IMG/VR virus record: IMGVR_UViG_3300033148_006706
Location: 32,001 to 96,000 of that record
DNA: 64,000 nt
Source of the DNA: a virus
Strand: one strand, 5' to 3'
Below are positions 29,123-40,500 of the stretch, one piece after another. The translations under genes were made by a program, and so were the position numbers. Every line of letters begins with the position of its first letter. Positions within the stretch are counted from its first letter, which is position 1. The notes beneath the pieces were generated by a model that saw only the letters and a list, made by a program, of their open reading frames with translations, made no database searches and had not been told where the DNA came from.

Positions 29123-29861
29123 AATAAAAATACCCGAGGGAAAAAAAGTAACTATAAATAAAAATGGAGAACCTTTACTTCCTAATACTCCACTTATCTT
29201 AGACGATGACGTAACCATTTCATTATCATCTTCTTTTTCTCCATTTTTAGGAGCTTTATTTTCATCTCCATCTACTAAAACAGCAAAAATAATTAGTTCA
29301 TTAGGCGCAATTATAGCTAGAAAATTTGGAGAAGAAAGGGGAGTGTCAACTCAATTAAAACAATTTGGAATTCAAACTTGGGACTCCACTGATCCTATAT
29401 CTTTAAATTTAACTTTTTCTTTTTTTAGAGGATTAAGAGGGCTTTATGATGCTAAGAAGGAAGTATACGACCCGATTATGACTTTATGTGAGTTGCCCTT
29501 GCCTTCCTTGGGTGTCTTAGATAGTGTATTAACCGCTCCTGGTCCAACTGGTGCAGAAGCAGTAGAAGAGGTGGCTTCTTTATTGAGTGAAGAGGCTAAG
29601 GCAGCGTTATCCGACCTTACAAATTATTATTCTATAAGAATAGGAAATATAATCTCGATTTCAGGAATAGTTATACTTAAAGCAGAGCCCACTTTTACAA
29701 GCGAATGTGATGAAAGGGGATATCCCATTTGGGGGCAGATAAACTTAGATATAAATTCAATAGAAACCGCTACTGTAGATTTATTAAGAGAAGGCGCTTC
29801 TCCTGTAGATAAGATCTCTCCCGAACCAAAGTATACGCCTCCGCCTTTAAGCGGGCCTTAA
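29112..29861 (+). CDS. Baseplate/tube-junction protein (tentative)
   Basis: After TMP; C-term D.RGYPIWG.INL.I motif typical of tube-like hub proteins. Confidence 0.55.
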   Translation: MAYRIKIPEGKKVTINKNGEPLLPNTPLILDDDVTISLSSSFSPFLGALFSSPSTKTAKIISSLGAIIARKFGEERGVSTQLKQFGIQTWDSTDPISLNLTFSFFRGLRGLYDAKKEVYDPIMTLCELPLPSLGVLDSVLTAPGPTGAEAVEEVASLLSEEAKAALSDLTNYYSIRIGNIISISGIVILKAEPTFTSECDERGYPIWGQINLDINSIETATVDLLREGASPVDKISPEPKYTPPPLSGP

Positions 29862-29885
29862 TCTTTAGAGGAGGGCAATTTAGTA

Positions 29886-30197
29886 ATGTTAACACGTTAT
29901 TCCTTTATGAAAAGCTCAAATACTTTAGCTTCGGATGGTACTTATTATCCCGATCCCTTAACTTTCTCTACTCAAAAATTTAGATTTACTGAATACGGTG
30001 TAGATTATTCTTTAATTGATATTGATATATCCAGATTTGATATATTAATAAGCAAAGTTTATAATAATCAAAGATACAAAGATTTAATACTCGATATTAA
30101 TAATATCGATTATATTTGGAATCAAGAAATAGGACGAACAATAATTTTTCCTACTAAATCTGATTTAGAAAGGTTTATCGAAGATTTTATAGAATAA
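29886..30197 (+). CDS. Baseplate wedge protein (gp53/LysM-like)
   Basis: RFDILISKVY..LILDINNI..G..I.FP motif. Confidence 0.75.
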   Translation: MLTRYSFMKSSNTLASDGTYYPDPLTFSTQKFRFTEYGVDYSLIDIDISRFDILISKVYNNQRYKDLILDINNIDYIWNQEIGRTIIFPTKSDLERFIEDFIE

Positions 30198-31381
30198 TGA
30201 AATACTACGGATATAATATAAAATTAAAAATTAATAAGAGCGTTGATCTCGATGATCCTAGTCTTTACTCTTTTTCTCTTACAGATAGTATCTTCAACTT
30301 ACTTAATTTCGGCACTATATCGTTCTATGATATAGGCGGACATTTTAGAGAATTTCTAATATTGGAAAACGGCAATGAAGTAAATGTAACTTTTGGTAGA
30401 GGGGAGACAATTAATAAATGTAATTATAATATAAAAAGTAACAGTATAGATAGAACAGAGAGTACAAATAGTATAACAGGAGAAATAAAAACAAAAGTAG
30501 AACATGCTTGGGGATCAGCAGATGAAAAAATAAAAAGCATTGCTTACGATGATACGATATCTAATATAATTTTAAAACTTGCGAATAGCTATCAATTTAA
30601 AAATAAAGATATTACTACAACTCACGATAGAGATATTTGGTATCAACCTTTATTAAATGATATTGATTTTATACAACAACAGTTATTGCCTAATGTGTAT
30701 TCAACTTCAAGTAGCGATACTCCTTTATTTTGTTATACCACATACGATAACAATATTCACCTTATTAGCGCAAAAGAAATGTTTGACAAAAAACCAGTAA
30801 AAGAATTGTTTTTTACTCCTGCATCTTATAAAGAATTTGAAAGCATGATATTTGTTTTAAAACACTGGACTGTTAATTCTGATGATTATGATAATTTGTT
30901 GAATCAAACCATTACTTATATAGATAAAGAGAGCGGTAGTATAATAGAAAAAACAGATAAATTTAAAGATCATTTAATAAATAAAAGCGGTAAGTTATTT
31001 CACATAGGAGATGATAATCAAGCTAAAGGATACGAAAAATTCTTATATAAAGAAAAAGGGCAAAGAGAAAATATCTATAAAGGACAAATTATTAATAAAT
31101 TAAAAAAGAATTATTTTATAAATGAGTTGATGATTACCTGCCCCTATGATCCTAATTTAAAAGCAGGAGAAACGATAAAGTTAAATATTTTTTTATCTGG
31201 GGAGGGAAAGAATCCTGTAAGATCAAAAAGACTCAGTGGAAAATATATAATTGAAGCTAGCGAACAGATATGGAGTGCACAATTAAAGAAAGCTTTTTCT
31301 AAATTGCTTATTGGAGTACCCTCTAGCGGTACCGATCCTAATATTCCTAGTGATTATAGATATAAAGAACTTTTGGTATAA
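30197..31381 (+). CDS. Baseplate hub protein (gp27/gpD-like)
   Basis: Synteny; WYQP..D..FI; P.L.AG..I..LSGKYII. Confidence 0.75.
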   Translation: MKYYGYNIKLKINKSVDLDDPSLYSFSLTDSIFNLLNFGTISFYDIGGHFREFLILENGNEVNVTFGRGETINKCNYNIKSNSIDRTESTNSITGEIKTKVEHAWGSADEKIKSIAYDDTISNIILKLANSYQFKNKDITTTHDRDIWYQPLLNDIDFIQQQLLPNVYSTSSSDTPLFCYTTYDNNIHLISAKEMFDKKPVKELFFTPASYKEFESMIFVLKHWTVNSDDYDNLLNQTITYIDKESGSIIEKTDKFKDHLINKSGKLFHIGDDNQAKGYEKFLYKEKGQRENIYKGQIINKLKKNYFINELMITCPYDPNLKAGETIKLNIFLSGEGKNPVRSKRLSGKYIIEASEQIWSAQLKKAFSKLLIGVPSSGTDPNIPSDYRYKELLV

Positions 31382-31385
31382 AACT

Positions 31386-32177
31386 ATGTACAATATAAGA
31401 TTATACTACGGAAAAGTAGAAGAGAATAACGACCCTGATAAAGAATCAAAAATACAGGTACGATTATTACCTGAGATGAAAGATGTAGCAAAGTCTGATT
31501 TGCCCTGGGTACGTCCTTTTCTAGTAGAGAATATGACGGAGGAGGCAACATCTCATTGTCCTTTAGAAGAAGGTAGTACAGTTTGGGTATTCTTTTTAGA
31601 CGAGTACTTTAAATATGGCTTTTACATTAAAGCAACTTTTTTAGATGATTTATTTGATTATGACTCTGTAAAAAGCGATATTGATTCTATAAGTGATTTA
31701 GACTCTCAATCCTATCCTCAACCGAAGTTTACAAGATATAAAGACGGAACTATAGTATTTCACAATTCTGAGACAGGGGAGACAGGAATTTATCATAAAA
31801 GCGGTTCTTATAATGTAATCGATAAAGATGGAAATGTTTTTTCTTATTCAACCGGAGATATTAAAATTTATAATGATAATGGCTCAATCACAATAGATTC
31901 TAACGGGGAGATAGAATTAAATAATTCAAATACTTCTACCTTTACTGTTAAGAATGGAAGTTTTGAATTTGATGGCAATGCAAAAAGTTTAGTTAAATAT
32001 GAAGATTTAATTACCGCATTGGATTCAATGTTTACTCAAATTCAGACCATGGTAATGATTGATCCTCTTACAGGAGTTGCAGGGCCACCTCAAGCTCCTT
32101 TTAATCAAATGAAAACCACTATTTGGGATGCTATCAAAACTAATGCTAAATCAACTACAATAAAAACTCAATCATAG
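31386..32177 (+). CDS. Baseplate central spike (gp5/gpV-like OB-fold)
   Basis: YYGKVEENNDPDKESKIQVR..LPW..GSTVWVFF..HKSGS; start 31386 preferred to 31311. Confidence 0.85.
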   Translation: MYNIRLYYGKVEENNDPDKESKIQVRLLPEMKDVAKSDLPWVRPFLVENMTEEATSHCPLEEGSTVWVFFLDEYFKYGFYIKATFLDDLFDYDSVKSDIDSISDLDSQSYPQPKFTRYKDGTIVFHNSETGETGIYHKSGSYNVIDKDGNVFSYSTGDIKIYNDNGSITIDSNGEIELNNSNTSTFTVKNGSFEFDGNAKSLVKYEDLITALDSMFTQIQTMVMIDPLTGVAGPPQAPFNQMKTTIWDAIKTNAKSTTIKTQS

Positions 32178-32183
32178 AAAATT

Positions 32184-32194
32184 TTACTAATATA
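32184..32194 (+). promoter_or_regulatory. Putative late promoter TTACTAATATA
   Basis: 5 nt before ATG 32200. Confidence 0.7.
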
Positions 32195-32199
32195 TTATA

Positions 32200-32607
32200 A
32201 TGGCAATAAAAGACATTAAAGAAATAGATTATCCTCAAGTTTATGATCTAGATTATAGGGGCGGGATAGACGCCCAAGGGTTTATAAGGGAAACTTGGGG
32301 CGATAGGGCTCTAGTAAATAGTCTTAAATTATGGATTTCTTCTTTTAAAGGGGATTTAATTAATAATCTCAATACGGGAGGAAGAGTTGTACAACATCTT
32401 CTAAAACCTATGCGTCAAGTGGATATACAAAATTTCAAGCAATCGATTCGTGATGGCATAGCAATGGATTACGGCCCCACTTTAAAGATAAAGAAACTCG
32501 AAATAACACCCAATTATGAAGAAAGGGTGTTTGAAATTTATATGGAAGTTTATTCAAAAGAATTAAAGTATGTTACAGGATTATATGAAAAAATAAAAGG
32601 AGTTTAA
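32200..32607 (+). CDS. Baseplate wedge protein (gp25-like)
   Basis: ALVNSLKLWI...GD...L.KPM..I; size and synteny. Confidence 0.75.
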   Translation: MAIKDIKEIDYPQVYDLDYRGGIDAQGFIRETWGDRALVNSLKLWISSFKGDLINNLNTGGRVVQHLLKPMRQVDIQNFKQSIRDGIAMDYGPTLKIKKLEITPNYEERVFEIYMEVYSKELKYVTGLYEKIKGV

Positions 32608-32611
32608 AAAA

Positions 32612-34507
32612 TTGGATTTTTCTTTTAATAGTATAAAAGATAGAATAATAACAAGTTTAAGAAGTAAGTCCGAATGGGCAAATATACTTTATTTCTCCAC
32701 CAATATGCGGCTTATTGAAGCAGTTGCAAAAGAGATTGAAGAGTTGGCTAGGTATGATGAATATTTAACTAGAGAAACAAAATGGGATTTAGCTAGAAAC
32801 AAATCATCTTTAGTAACGCAAGCTGCAGTACTGGGATATAAACCTCATAGAAAAATAGGTGCTAGGCAAAAATTGTGGGTTAGTTCTAAAGAGAAAGCGT
32901 TTTCTCCTGAGTGGAATCAATATACGGTTTATGAAGCAGGAGATGTGGTACGCTATGGTGAACAAAATACACTGTATGAAGCGCTAGTAGATAATCAAGG
33001 AGTGGAACCTACTAACACTAATTACTGGAAAAAAACCACTGCCGTTCATTCTTCTGTTATAGGTATTCCTAAATACAGCATATTTAAAACAGAAAATGAT
33101 ATCTATTTTACATCAATGAGCTCGGTTGATTTGCTTACTACTGAGAACTATGCAGAAATTGATGTAGTACAGGGCATACCGAGAACATTTACAACTATTG
33201 CGCAAGGTTTAATTTATGAAGAAATAGAAATAGAAAATGATAGTATAGATAACAGTTTCTATGAATTAAGAGTTAATAATGATCTTTGGACAGAATATAA
33301 TGATATTAGACAGGCCGAAGCTGATGATAAAGCTTACCAAATATTAAATAAATTAGATTTTACAGGAATTATTATTAGATTTGGAAATAATTTAACTGGG
33401 AAAAAATTAAGTGCAGGCGATACCATAACTTTTAAATATGTAGAAACTTTAGGGGAACTAGGTGATGCGTTATCTAAAGGTGTCGTAAATACTGTTGTCT
33501 CCACTCTAGTAGACAATAAGGGAGAAACTGTTGATGGATATTGTTATAACGATGAAGTTATATCGGGCGGTAAGGATGTAGAGCATATAGAGGATATAAG
33601 AAGTAATGCAAAATATACGTTCCAGTCTGGTTATAATGTAGTAGGTAAAAACGATTACAAAATATATCTATTAAATAATTTTGATTTTATACAAAAATGC
33701 GTTGTATGGGGAGCGTATGAACAGAACATTGATGATGGAAAAGACCCTTGGGATTGGATCTCTACTCAAGAAAACCTTGTCTACATTTCAGCATTTACAA
33801 CAGGAGAAACCCCTACTCAATTACAAAACAATCAAAAAGTGGAGATAATACAAGATATAAATGAAAAGAAGCCCCCTACTGATATTATTATTTTTAAAGA
33901 TGTTGTATTCGTTAATATGATCTTTAACACAACAGCCTATTTATCAAGTACCACCTATTTATTGTCAGAAACTAAAACACTCTTAGAGCAAGCTATCCAA
34001 GAGGAATACAATATTACAAATTTAGATTTTGAACAAAATATCTATGAAACAAATTATAAAGCTTTTATCGATAATTTTGATGAAGTAAGGTATCATAATA
34101 CAACTATACAATTTTATAATGTTGAAGACTTTACAAGTGGAGACTATAGTCAAGCAATTCCTTACGAAGCTAGCGCAACTGCTATTATGATTCCTGTAAA
34201 AACAAAATCGGTATACGTTTATATTAAAGACACTTCGGATGAAGATGCTACATACGTTCATATAGGAACAGATAATGGTGGAGGGGGATTTAATCCAACA
34301 GAAGGATATGATTTAAGTGGAAGTACTATTAACTATAATACAGGAGCAATTCAAATAAAAGAGTCTTCAGGAATGAGTGGAGATTATTCTAAATATGAAA
34401 TGAAAGTGGTATATAGCACATCGGAAGATGATTTAATTTTACAGGGCAGAAATCATATTTTCTATTTAAGAGAAGTTAATGTTGAAACTCTTTATCTTAC
34501 CGAATAG
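32612..34507 (+). CDS. Baseplate wedge protein (gp6/baseplate J-like) with CBM5/12-like insert
   Basis: LGYKP..A, VVQG, IRFGN..GK, GG.DVE.IEDIR..DY motifs. Confidence 0.88.
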   Translation: MDFSFNSIKDRIITSLRSKSEWANILYFSTNMRLIEAVAKEIEELARYDEYLTRETKWDLARNKSSLVTQAAVLGYKPHRKIGARQKLWVSSKEKAFSPEWNQYTVYEAGDVVRYGEQNTLYEALVDNQGVEPTNTNYWKKTTAVHSSVIGIPKYSIFKTENDIYFTSMSSVDLLTTENYAEIDVVQGIPRTFTTIAQGLIYEEIEIENDSIDNSFYELRVNNDLWTEYNDIRQAEADDKAYQILNKLDFTGIIIRFGNNLTGKKLSAGDTITFKYVETLGELGDALSKGVVNTVVSTLVDNKGETVDGYCYNDEVISGGKDVEHIEDIRSNAKYTFQSGYNVVGKNDYKIYLLNNFDFIQKCVVWGAYEQNIDDGKDPWDWISTQENLVYISAFTTGETPTQLQNNQKVEIIQDINEKKPPTDIIIFKDVVFVNMIFNTTAYLSSTTYLLSETKTLLEQAIQEEYNITNLDFEQNIYETNYKAFIDNFDEVRYHNTTIQFYNVEDFTSGDYSQAIPYEASATAIMIPVKTKSVYVYIKDTSDEDATYVHIGTDNGGGGFNPTEGYDLSGSTINYNTGAIQIKESSGMSGDYSKYEMKVVYSTSEDDLILQGRNHIFYLREVNVETLYLTE

Positions 34508-34518
34508 GGGCGTGATGA

Positions 34519-35934
34519 ATGGACATAACTAAGAATTTGCCTAAAATAATGAGAGGGAATTCCTTTTGGACTCAATTTGTTGAGAGCATTAAAGATGAAC
34601 TTCTTAATATTCAAGCAGAAATAGAAAAGAAGAAAAATTTTTATAATGTCAAAGAAATTGATTCAATAGAAGAATTAACTGATATAAATAAGTCCTTAGG
34701 TACAGAAGTTGATTTAACTCTTTTTGAAAACAAAACCACAGAAGAACAAATTAACTATATGAAGCAGGAGACCGAAGGAATTACTTATAAGATAAGAACA
34801 AAAGGTGTGTATGATTATTTTCAATATGTATTTAATAGAATTTACGAAAGAGGCAATCTATATATCGCTTATGTAACCGATACCGATTATATCTTTAAAG
34901 CGATTGATTATAAAAGAACTTTAAGAGAAGTAAAAAATCATGATTTTTCTACACCTTTTGTAAAAACTTATAATGTGTTTCCTTTCTTTGACTTAACAGT
35001 AGATATACAAGGACTAGATGATATCCCGGTAAAACATTTAGATGAAGACCCGACATGGTATTTAGACTCTGATTTATTTGAGTCTACAATTAAAATTACC
35101 AATCATATTATGGTTGAATTTATATTAGATGAAATAGTATCACAATTTGATAATAGCATAAGTGGTAATTTCTTAATTACAGAAGAATATTTTAGATATT
35201 TAGAACGGGCTACAGAATACGGAAGAAGAGTAAGCGATATTCCTCATATAGGGGGGCAATTAACATTATTAACAGATATGAGCGGGGATTATAATGTTAT
35301 ATATGACATTGAAGCATACTGTAGAACTACAGAATATTTAAATGATGAAGAAGATTTTATTTATCTATTAGCCGGAAATGATAATGATGGGTTTTTTTAT
35401 AAAAAAGAAATTAATTTTAATGAACGATATACAGATTCTAAAACAAATCCCACATATTTTATGATGCAATCTTATATTCCAGCTAGGGAAATATATCCGG
35501 ATATAATAGCACAAGGAGATGGAGTTAATACCACTTTTGATAGCAATACTTACGGATTATTAGAGCATCCTGAGATAGTTCCTAATACTTTTAAAGTGCT
35601 CTATGTGCATAATGCAACTAATTATGAAGGGTACGATGATGGGAATGGTAATATAACAAGTGATGATGGAAGTACACACGGTTCAATCACCTATGCTACG
35701 GGAGCTTATACTATAATAACCTATGACGATGGGGAGGAGATAAGTTATGCCCCTGATGATGGAACTAATATCGAAACAAGATATAAAACTAAAAAAGATT
35801 TAAAAATTTCTAAGATAAGAGTATTAAATAGCGATGAAAATGCAGTAATAGAAGGAAATTTTCCATTAGTTCAATTTTATAATGAAAATAATTATTTAAG
35901 CATACAATGTATTGTTTATAACAGCGAGAGTTAG
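34519..35934 (+). CDS. Baseplate wedge protein (gp7/tail I-like)
   Basis: After gp6-like gene; LP..M..F...YKIRTKG motif. Confidence 0.6.
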   Translation: MDITKNLPKIMRGNSFWTQFVESIKDELLNIQAEIEKKKNFYNVKEIDSIEELTDINKSLGTEVDLTLFENKTTEEQINYMKQETEGITYKIRTKGVYDYFQYVFNRIYERGNLYIAYVTDTDYIFKAIDYKRTLREVKNHDFSTPFVKTYNVFPFFDLTVDIQGLDDIPVKHLDEDPTWYLDSDLFESTIKITNHIMVEFILDEIVSQFDNSISGNFLITEEYFRYLERATEYGRRVSDIPHIGGQLTLLTDMSGDYNVIYDIEAYCRTTEYLNDEEDFIYLLAGNDNDGFFYKKEINFNERYTDSKTNPTYFMMQSYIPAREIYPDIIAQGDGVNTTFDSNTYGLLEHPEIVPNTFKVLYVHNATNYEGYDDGNGNITSDDGSTHGSITYATGAYTIITYDDGEEISYAPDDGTNIETRYKTKKDLKISKIRVLNSDENAVIEGNFPLVQFYNENNYLSIQCIVYNSES

Positions 35935-35940
35935 GATAAC

Positions 35941-35951
35941 ATACTAATATT
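35941..35951 (+). promoter_or_regulatory. Putative late promoter variant ATACTAATATT
   Basis: Intergenic before fibre genes. Confidence 0.55.
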
Positions 35952-35978
35952 ATATAATATACAAAGGGAGAAAATTTA

Positions 35979-37589
35979 ATGAGTAGAAATATAACAGATT
36001 TTGGAACTCAAAAAATCTATTTTGATTATGCTGCTCCGGCAATATCGGAAGAATTTAATAATATAATGCATAAAGTAGTGAGAAGCGGTTTATATAGAGG
36101 GGGTAGTTTATCAGTTGAGTCAACATCACAAGTTAGAATATCCCCAATGGTTGTATTTATAGAGAATTCTAATAAATCTAGTGCTGATTTATCAGTACGA
36201 ATTGAAACCACTGAAGATATAGTTCTAAATATAGACGAAACCGACCCATTTGTGATTTGTCATTATGAATGGTATAACGATCCTGTCTCTTACATGGAAG
36301 TTAAAACAGTAGCAGGAGGTTTAATAGGAGAGTACGATTTAATACTGGGAAGTGGGGTTTTTACTAACGGGGATTTAACTGGATTTGATACAACCGAAAG
36401 AGATTATATATCTTGGGATGCTGATACCACTAGATTAGGAGAGTCAGCTACGATAGTAAGTTCCCCATCCGGAGGAACTCAAACTAATTTAAGCGGGGAA
36501 ACTGATATAGTAACTGCAATACAAGAAGTGTTCAACAGATTGATTGATTTAAGTGGAGTAGAAGACGATGCGGTTAAGAATCGACATATTGATTTTGGCA
36601 CTTCAGCAACTCAAATAAACAGTAATGATATTCCTATAGGAAAAAATATAACCACCGGCGGTACAATAGATAGTGTTACACAATCCGATATTACTTCCAA
36701 TGTTATTGAAATACTGTTTGATGCTTTAGCTGATTTAAGTGGAGCAGATGACAATTCTGTAAAAGAACGACATGTTGATTTTGGTACAGGACAAAATCAA
36801 ATTGACGGGGATTTACTTCCTCTAGGAACCGCAATATCTAAAGTAATTTCAGAAGCTACTAATGTAGATTTTGCTAACAGTAAAAAAATAAGAGAAGCCC
36901 TGAAAGACACTATAGATAGAATTGCTCAAGTATCAGATCAAGTAACTACGAATAAAAACAGCATAAGTTCTTTACAGACAGATGTAAATACAAATAGCGA
37001 TAGAATAGATAAGACCTATGGAATTCCTGTAGGAACTATAATGATGTTTGACGGAAGTAATTGGCAAGATGATGTTACTCTGCCTGGATGGTATGCTTGT
37101 GTAGCCGCAAATAGTGTACACGGAGCTCCTGATTTAGAAGATAAATTTATAAGAGGAGGCAGTAAAGGAACTAAAGGAGTTGACTATGGAGTAACAGGAG
37201 GTAGTGATACTGCTACTTTAAATAGTAATAATCTACCTCCTCATACTCATAGTATTAGTTTATCTCACAATGCAAGTATAGGAGCTACAGCTCCCAGTCA
37301 CAGTCATGGAATGGCACATACGCATAAATATACGAGATTTACCGTTGATTATCATCGTACTACTGTTGTTACAGAAAATATTAACAAGTTATGGGCAGGC
37401 CGGTCTGAGGTAAATACAGGCGGTTCAAGTAGTGCAAATACAGGTGTTTCTGCACCATCGCATAGCCATTCTATTTCTATTAGCAATCATTCTGGTAATA
37501 CAGGGAACGGGGGGTTTGCTAATTCAGCATTTAGCATCGTTCCCCAATATTATTCTGTTATCTATATAAGAAAGTGTTATCAAAGGTAA
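35979..37589 (+). CDS. Short tail fibre with collar domain and HxH needle motifs
   Basis: IPVGTIMMF..PGWYAC..PDL.DKFIRG collar; NLPPHTH, HSH, HTH, HSH; two internal RH(I/V)DFGT repeats. Confidence 0.85.
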   Translation: MSRNITDFGTQKIYFDYAAPAISEEFNNIMHKVVRSGLYRGGSLSVESTSQVRISPMVVFIENSNKSSADLSVRIETTEDIVLNIDETDPFVICHYEWYNDPVSYMEVKTVAGGLIGEYDLILGSGVFTNGDLTGFDTTERDYISWDADTTRLGESATIVSSPSGGTQTNLSGETDIVTAIQEVFNRLIDLSGVEDDAVKNRHIDFGTSATQINSNDIPIGKNITTGGTIDSVTQSDITSNVIEILFDALADLSGADDNSVKERHVDFGTGQNQIDGDLLPLGTAISKVISEATNVDFANSKKIREALKDTIDRIAQVSDQVTTNKNSISSLQTDVNTNSDRIDKTYGIPVGTIMMFDGSNWQDDVTLPGWYACVAANSVHGAPDLEDKFIRGGSKGTKGVDYGVTGGSDTATLNSNNLPPHTHSISLSHNASIGATAPSHSHGMAHTHKYTRFTVDYHRTTVVTENINKLWAGRSEVNTGGSSSANTGVSAPSHSHSISISNHSGNTGNGGFANSAFSIVPQYYSVIYIRKCYQR

Positions 37590-37592
37590 GGT

Positions 37593-40500
37593 ATGGGTAC
37601 TGAGCAGTTTGATGATATAGTTGGGAAAAAGATAAAATCTAATCTTGAAATAACCACTGAGGAAAAATATCCCGGTAATCCCGAGTACGCTAACAATGTA
37701 GATGGAGATTATACTAATGCAATTGGTGATGCGGTTGAAGCGTATGTCAATGGAGAAGAAACTCAACCACCCGATATTCCTCAATGGGATTCCCCAGCTT
37801 ACGACTTAGAAATAATAGAAGATGGAACGGGTCTAAAAAAACCTAAAATTACACTTCACTGGATTGATACATCTTCTGATATATTAACAGAAAATTTTCT
37901 TATTTATAAGACAGATAACTCGGGTGGAACTTTTGGTACTTTAACCTTATATGATAAAATACCAGCGGATGAAACTGATTACGTAGATGAAAAATTATCT
38001 TTTAATACAGGATACCGTTATGCAATAAGAGCGGAAGATAGATTTCTAAATCGTTCTGATTTAACAGATTATCAGGAGATTACAACTCCTACGGTTCCTG
38101 AACCATCTCGACCTACTGATAAAATCGTAACAGGTGCCGGGGTAAAACAAATCGGTTTAAAATTTCAAGGATCGCCATCTTTTGAAGATATTTTATATTA
38201 CCAAGTTGAATCAAGAAGTGCTACGGCAGATCCAGATGGATACGGTGGTTATGAGGTACCTGCATCTCCTTCTTGGGGAGATTGGGAAGTAATAAATCAA
38301 TCTCTTTCTACTCGAATAATACATGAAAATTTAGACTATACTAAATGTTATCAGTATAGATACCGCTCGGTAAATTCTTACGGAGTATCAGGGAGTGCAA
38401 ATAGCGAAGAAGGACATAGTGAGCTATTATCAGATATAGTTATCCCGCTAAAAGTAAAAAGAGATGACTTAGATTGGGATATCCAGGATCAAATAGATGG
38501 TAAATTAGATTATTATATAACACATTCTTCACAAGACCCTAAATATCATCCTGTTTACGGTTGGCCTGATACAAGTAAAGACGATTTAGATCATCATAGG
38601 GATATTTGGTATCAAATCGATACTGGGCTAAAAAAAGTTTTTAATGGTTATACTGGACTATGGGAAAATCAACCAAATATAACTAAATTAACTATTGCCG
38701 ATGATAATGTCCTTACTCCTTCCGAGAAATTAATATTAAAGAAAGAATGGAATACGATAGCTAAAGAAAAAATAGTATTACTTACTCAATTTGGTTTAAA
38801 AGAAGGAGAAATCGGTGGTGTTGAAACCGAGAAATATAACTACATAAGCGCTTATAATACACTAGATAGTTATCTAAATAATATAATAGATGGAATTCTT
38901 AAAGAATCAAACTACTTACAAGTAATAGAAGATATTGCAGGAGCTACGGCCAGAGATGATGGGTTTATCTTTTTATTCTTTCAAGATTCTACTCCTACAG
39001 CAAATGGAGCAGGAGATTTATGGATAAATACCGAAGATGAGTTAGATATTCTTTATAAATGGAACGGCTCAAATTGGATAGAACAGACAGGTGTTTCAGA
39101 AGAGGATAGATTAAAAATAGTTTCATTAAAACAAACAACGGGTAGTGATGATGAGATTGTAATTTATTTTCAAGATTCAGAGCCTAGTATTCCCGCATCC
39201 GATGAAGATGACCTGTGGGTAGATACTGACGGTGGAGATTATCTCTACAGACATACTTCTGGAGGAACATGGGAGATAGTCGAATCTGCTATTCTAGACA
39301 TAAACGGTGAAGAGCTAAGAGGAAAGTTTAGAGATTATTATGATGCAAAACAAGAATTAGTCAAAGCGATATCTGACGTATCCGCTGATGATATGAGAAC
39401 AAGATTTGTAAATAATACCTATATGATCGATATCGAAAATGATAAAATAGACAGTACAACATACTTTGTAGATTTCATAAATAATGTTACTAGAACCTCT
39501 ATTAAAGTCTATTCAGTAAAGGACGAGGATAAAAACAATTTAACTGGCCTCCAAGCAGATGATTTACTAGTTGCTACAGATACATTTAAAGAGTATCGAT
39601 ACAATGGAGCGTCTTGGGAAGAGTTAACAGAGACTAATACTGATTTTTTGCGAGCATTTATTGATGCTGATCATTTGAGAACAATTTACATTCCTGCCTC
39701 TGATGCTGACTTACCAAGCTTTTATCAGGCTAGAGACTTACTTATCCCCACAGCTACATTTTCTAATAATGATGGTTCTACTACTAAAGAATTTCAAAAA
39801 AATTCTGTATATATTACCACAGTAAATGAAATTAGCGCATTTAATAACGCCCACTGGGGATTAAGTATAAAATATACCGATGATACGCTAGCCAAGTATA
39901 AAACATCGGTATTTGATTCTCCACCTAATTGTGAATATAATGCGGGGGAAGAACGATGGGAAGTTAATACAAGTCTAGGCGATAGTTATGTAAGTGAAGA
40001 TATATTTGTGCCAGGGCAGGAATATGTAATTTTTGATGGGAGTACAACAAAAACATTTGATAAGGGAGAGGTTTATGTAGCTAGCATAGCGGATGAGGAG
40101 GCGCATAGAAGAGATGGCTATCCGTTTGTAAATACTCATTGGGAAAGAAAATTAAGATTCAGTCAAGAACTGGATGATATAACAGAAGATAATAAATTAA
40201 GTCCTACTGAAAAGCTAGCTACAAAGAAAGAGTGGGAGATAATTAGAAAAGAGTATCCTTCGATAATAGAAGAAGCTGTAGAGCAGGGGGTAAATACTTT
40301 TAGTTTTAAATCGGCTTACGACGAATTAGATGATTACCTGAATAATGAAAGTACAGGATTATTAAATGATACGAGCACTACTTCTGATATCGTAGGCGAT
40401 ACTTTTAGATCCAAGTTCAGTAATTATTACGATGAAAAAGCTAAAATTCTTAGATCGATAGCGTATATGGCGTCTCAAGACGCTTACAGTGGAACTGATT

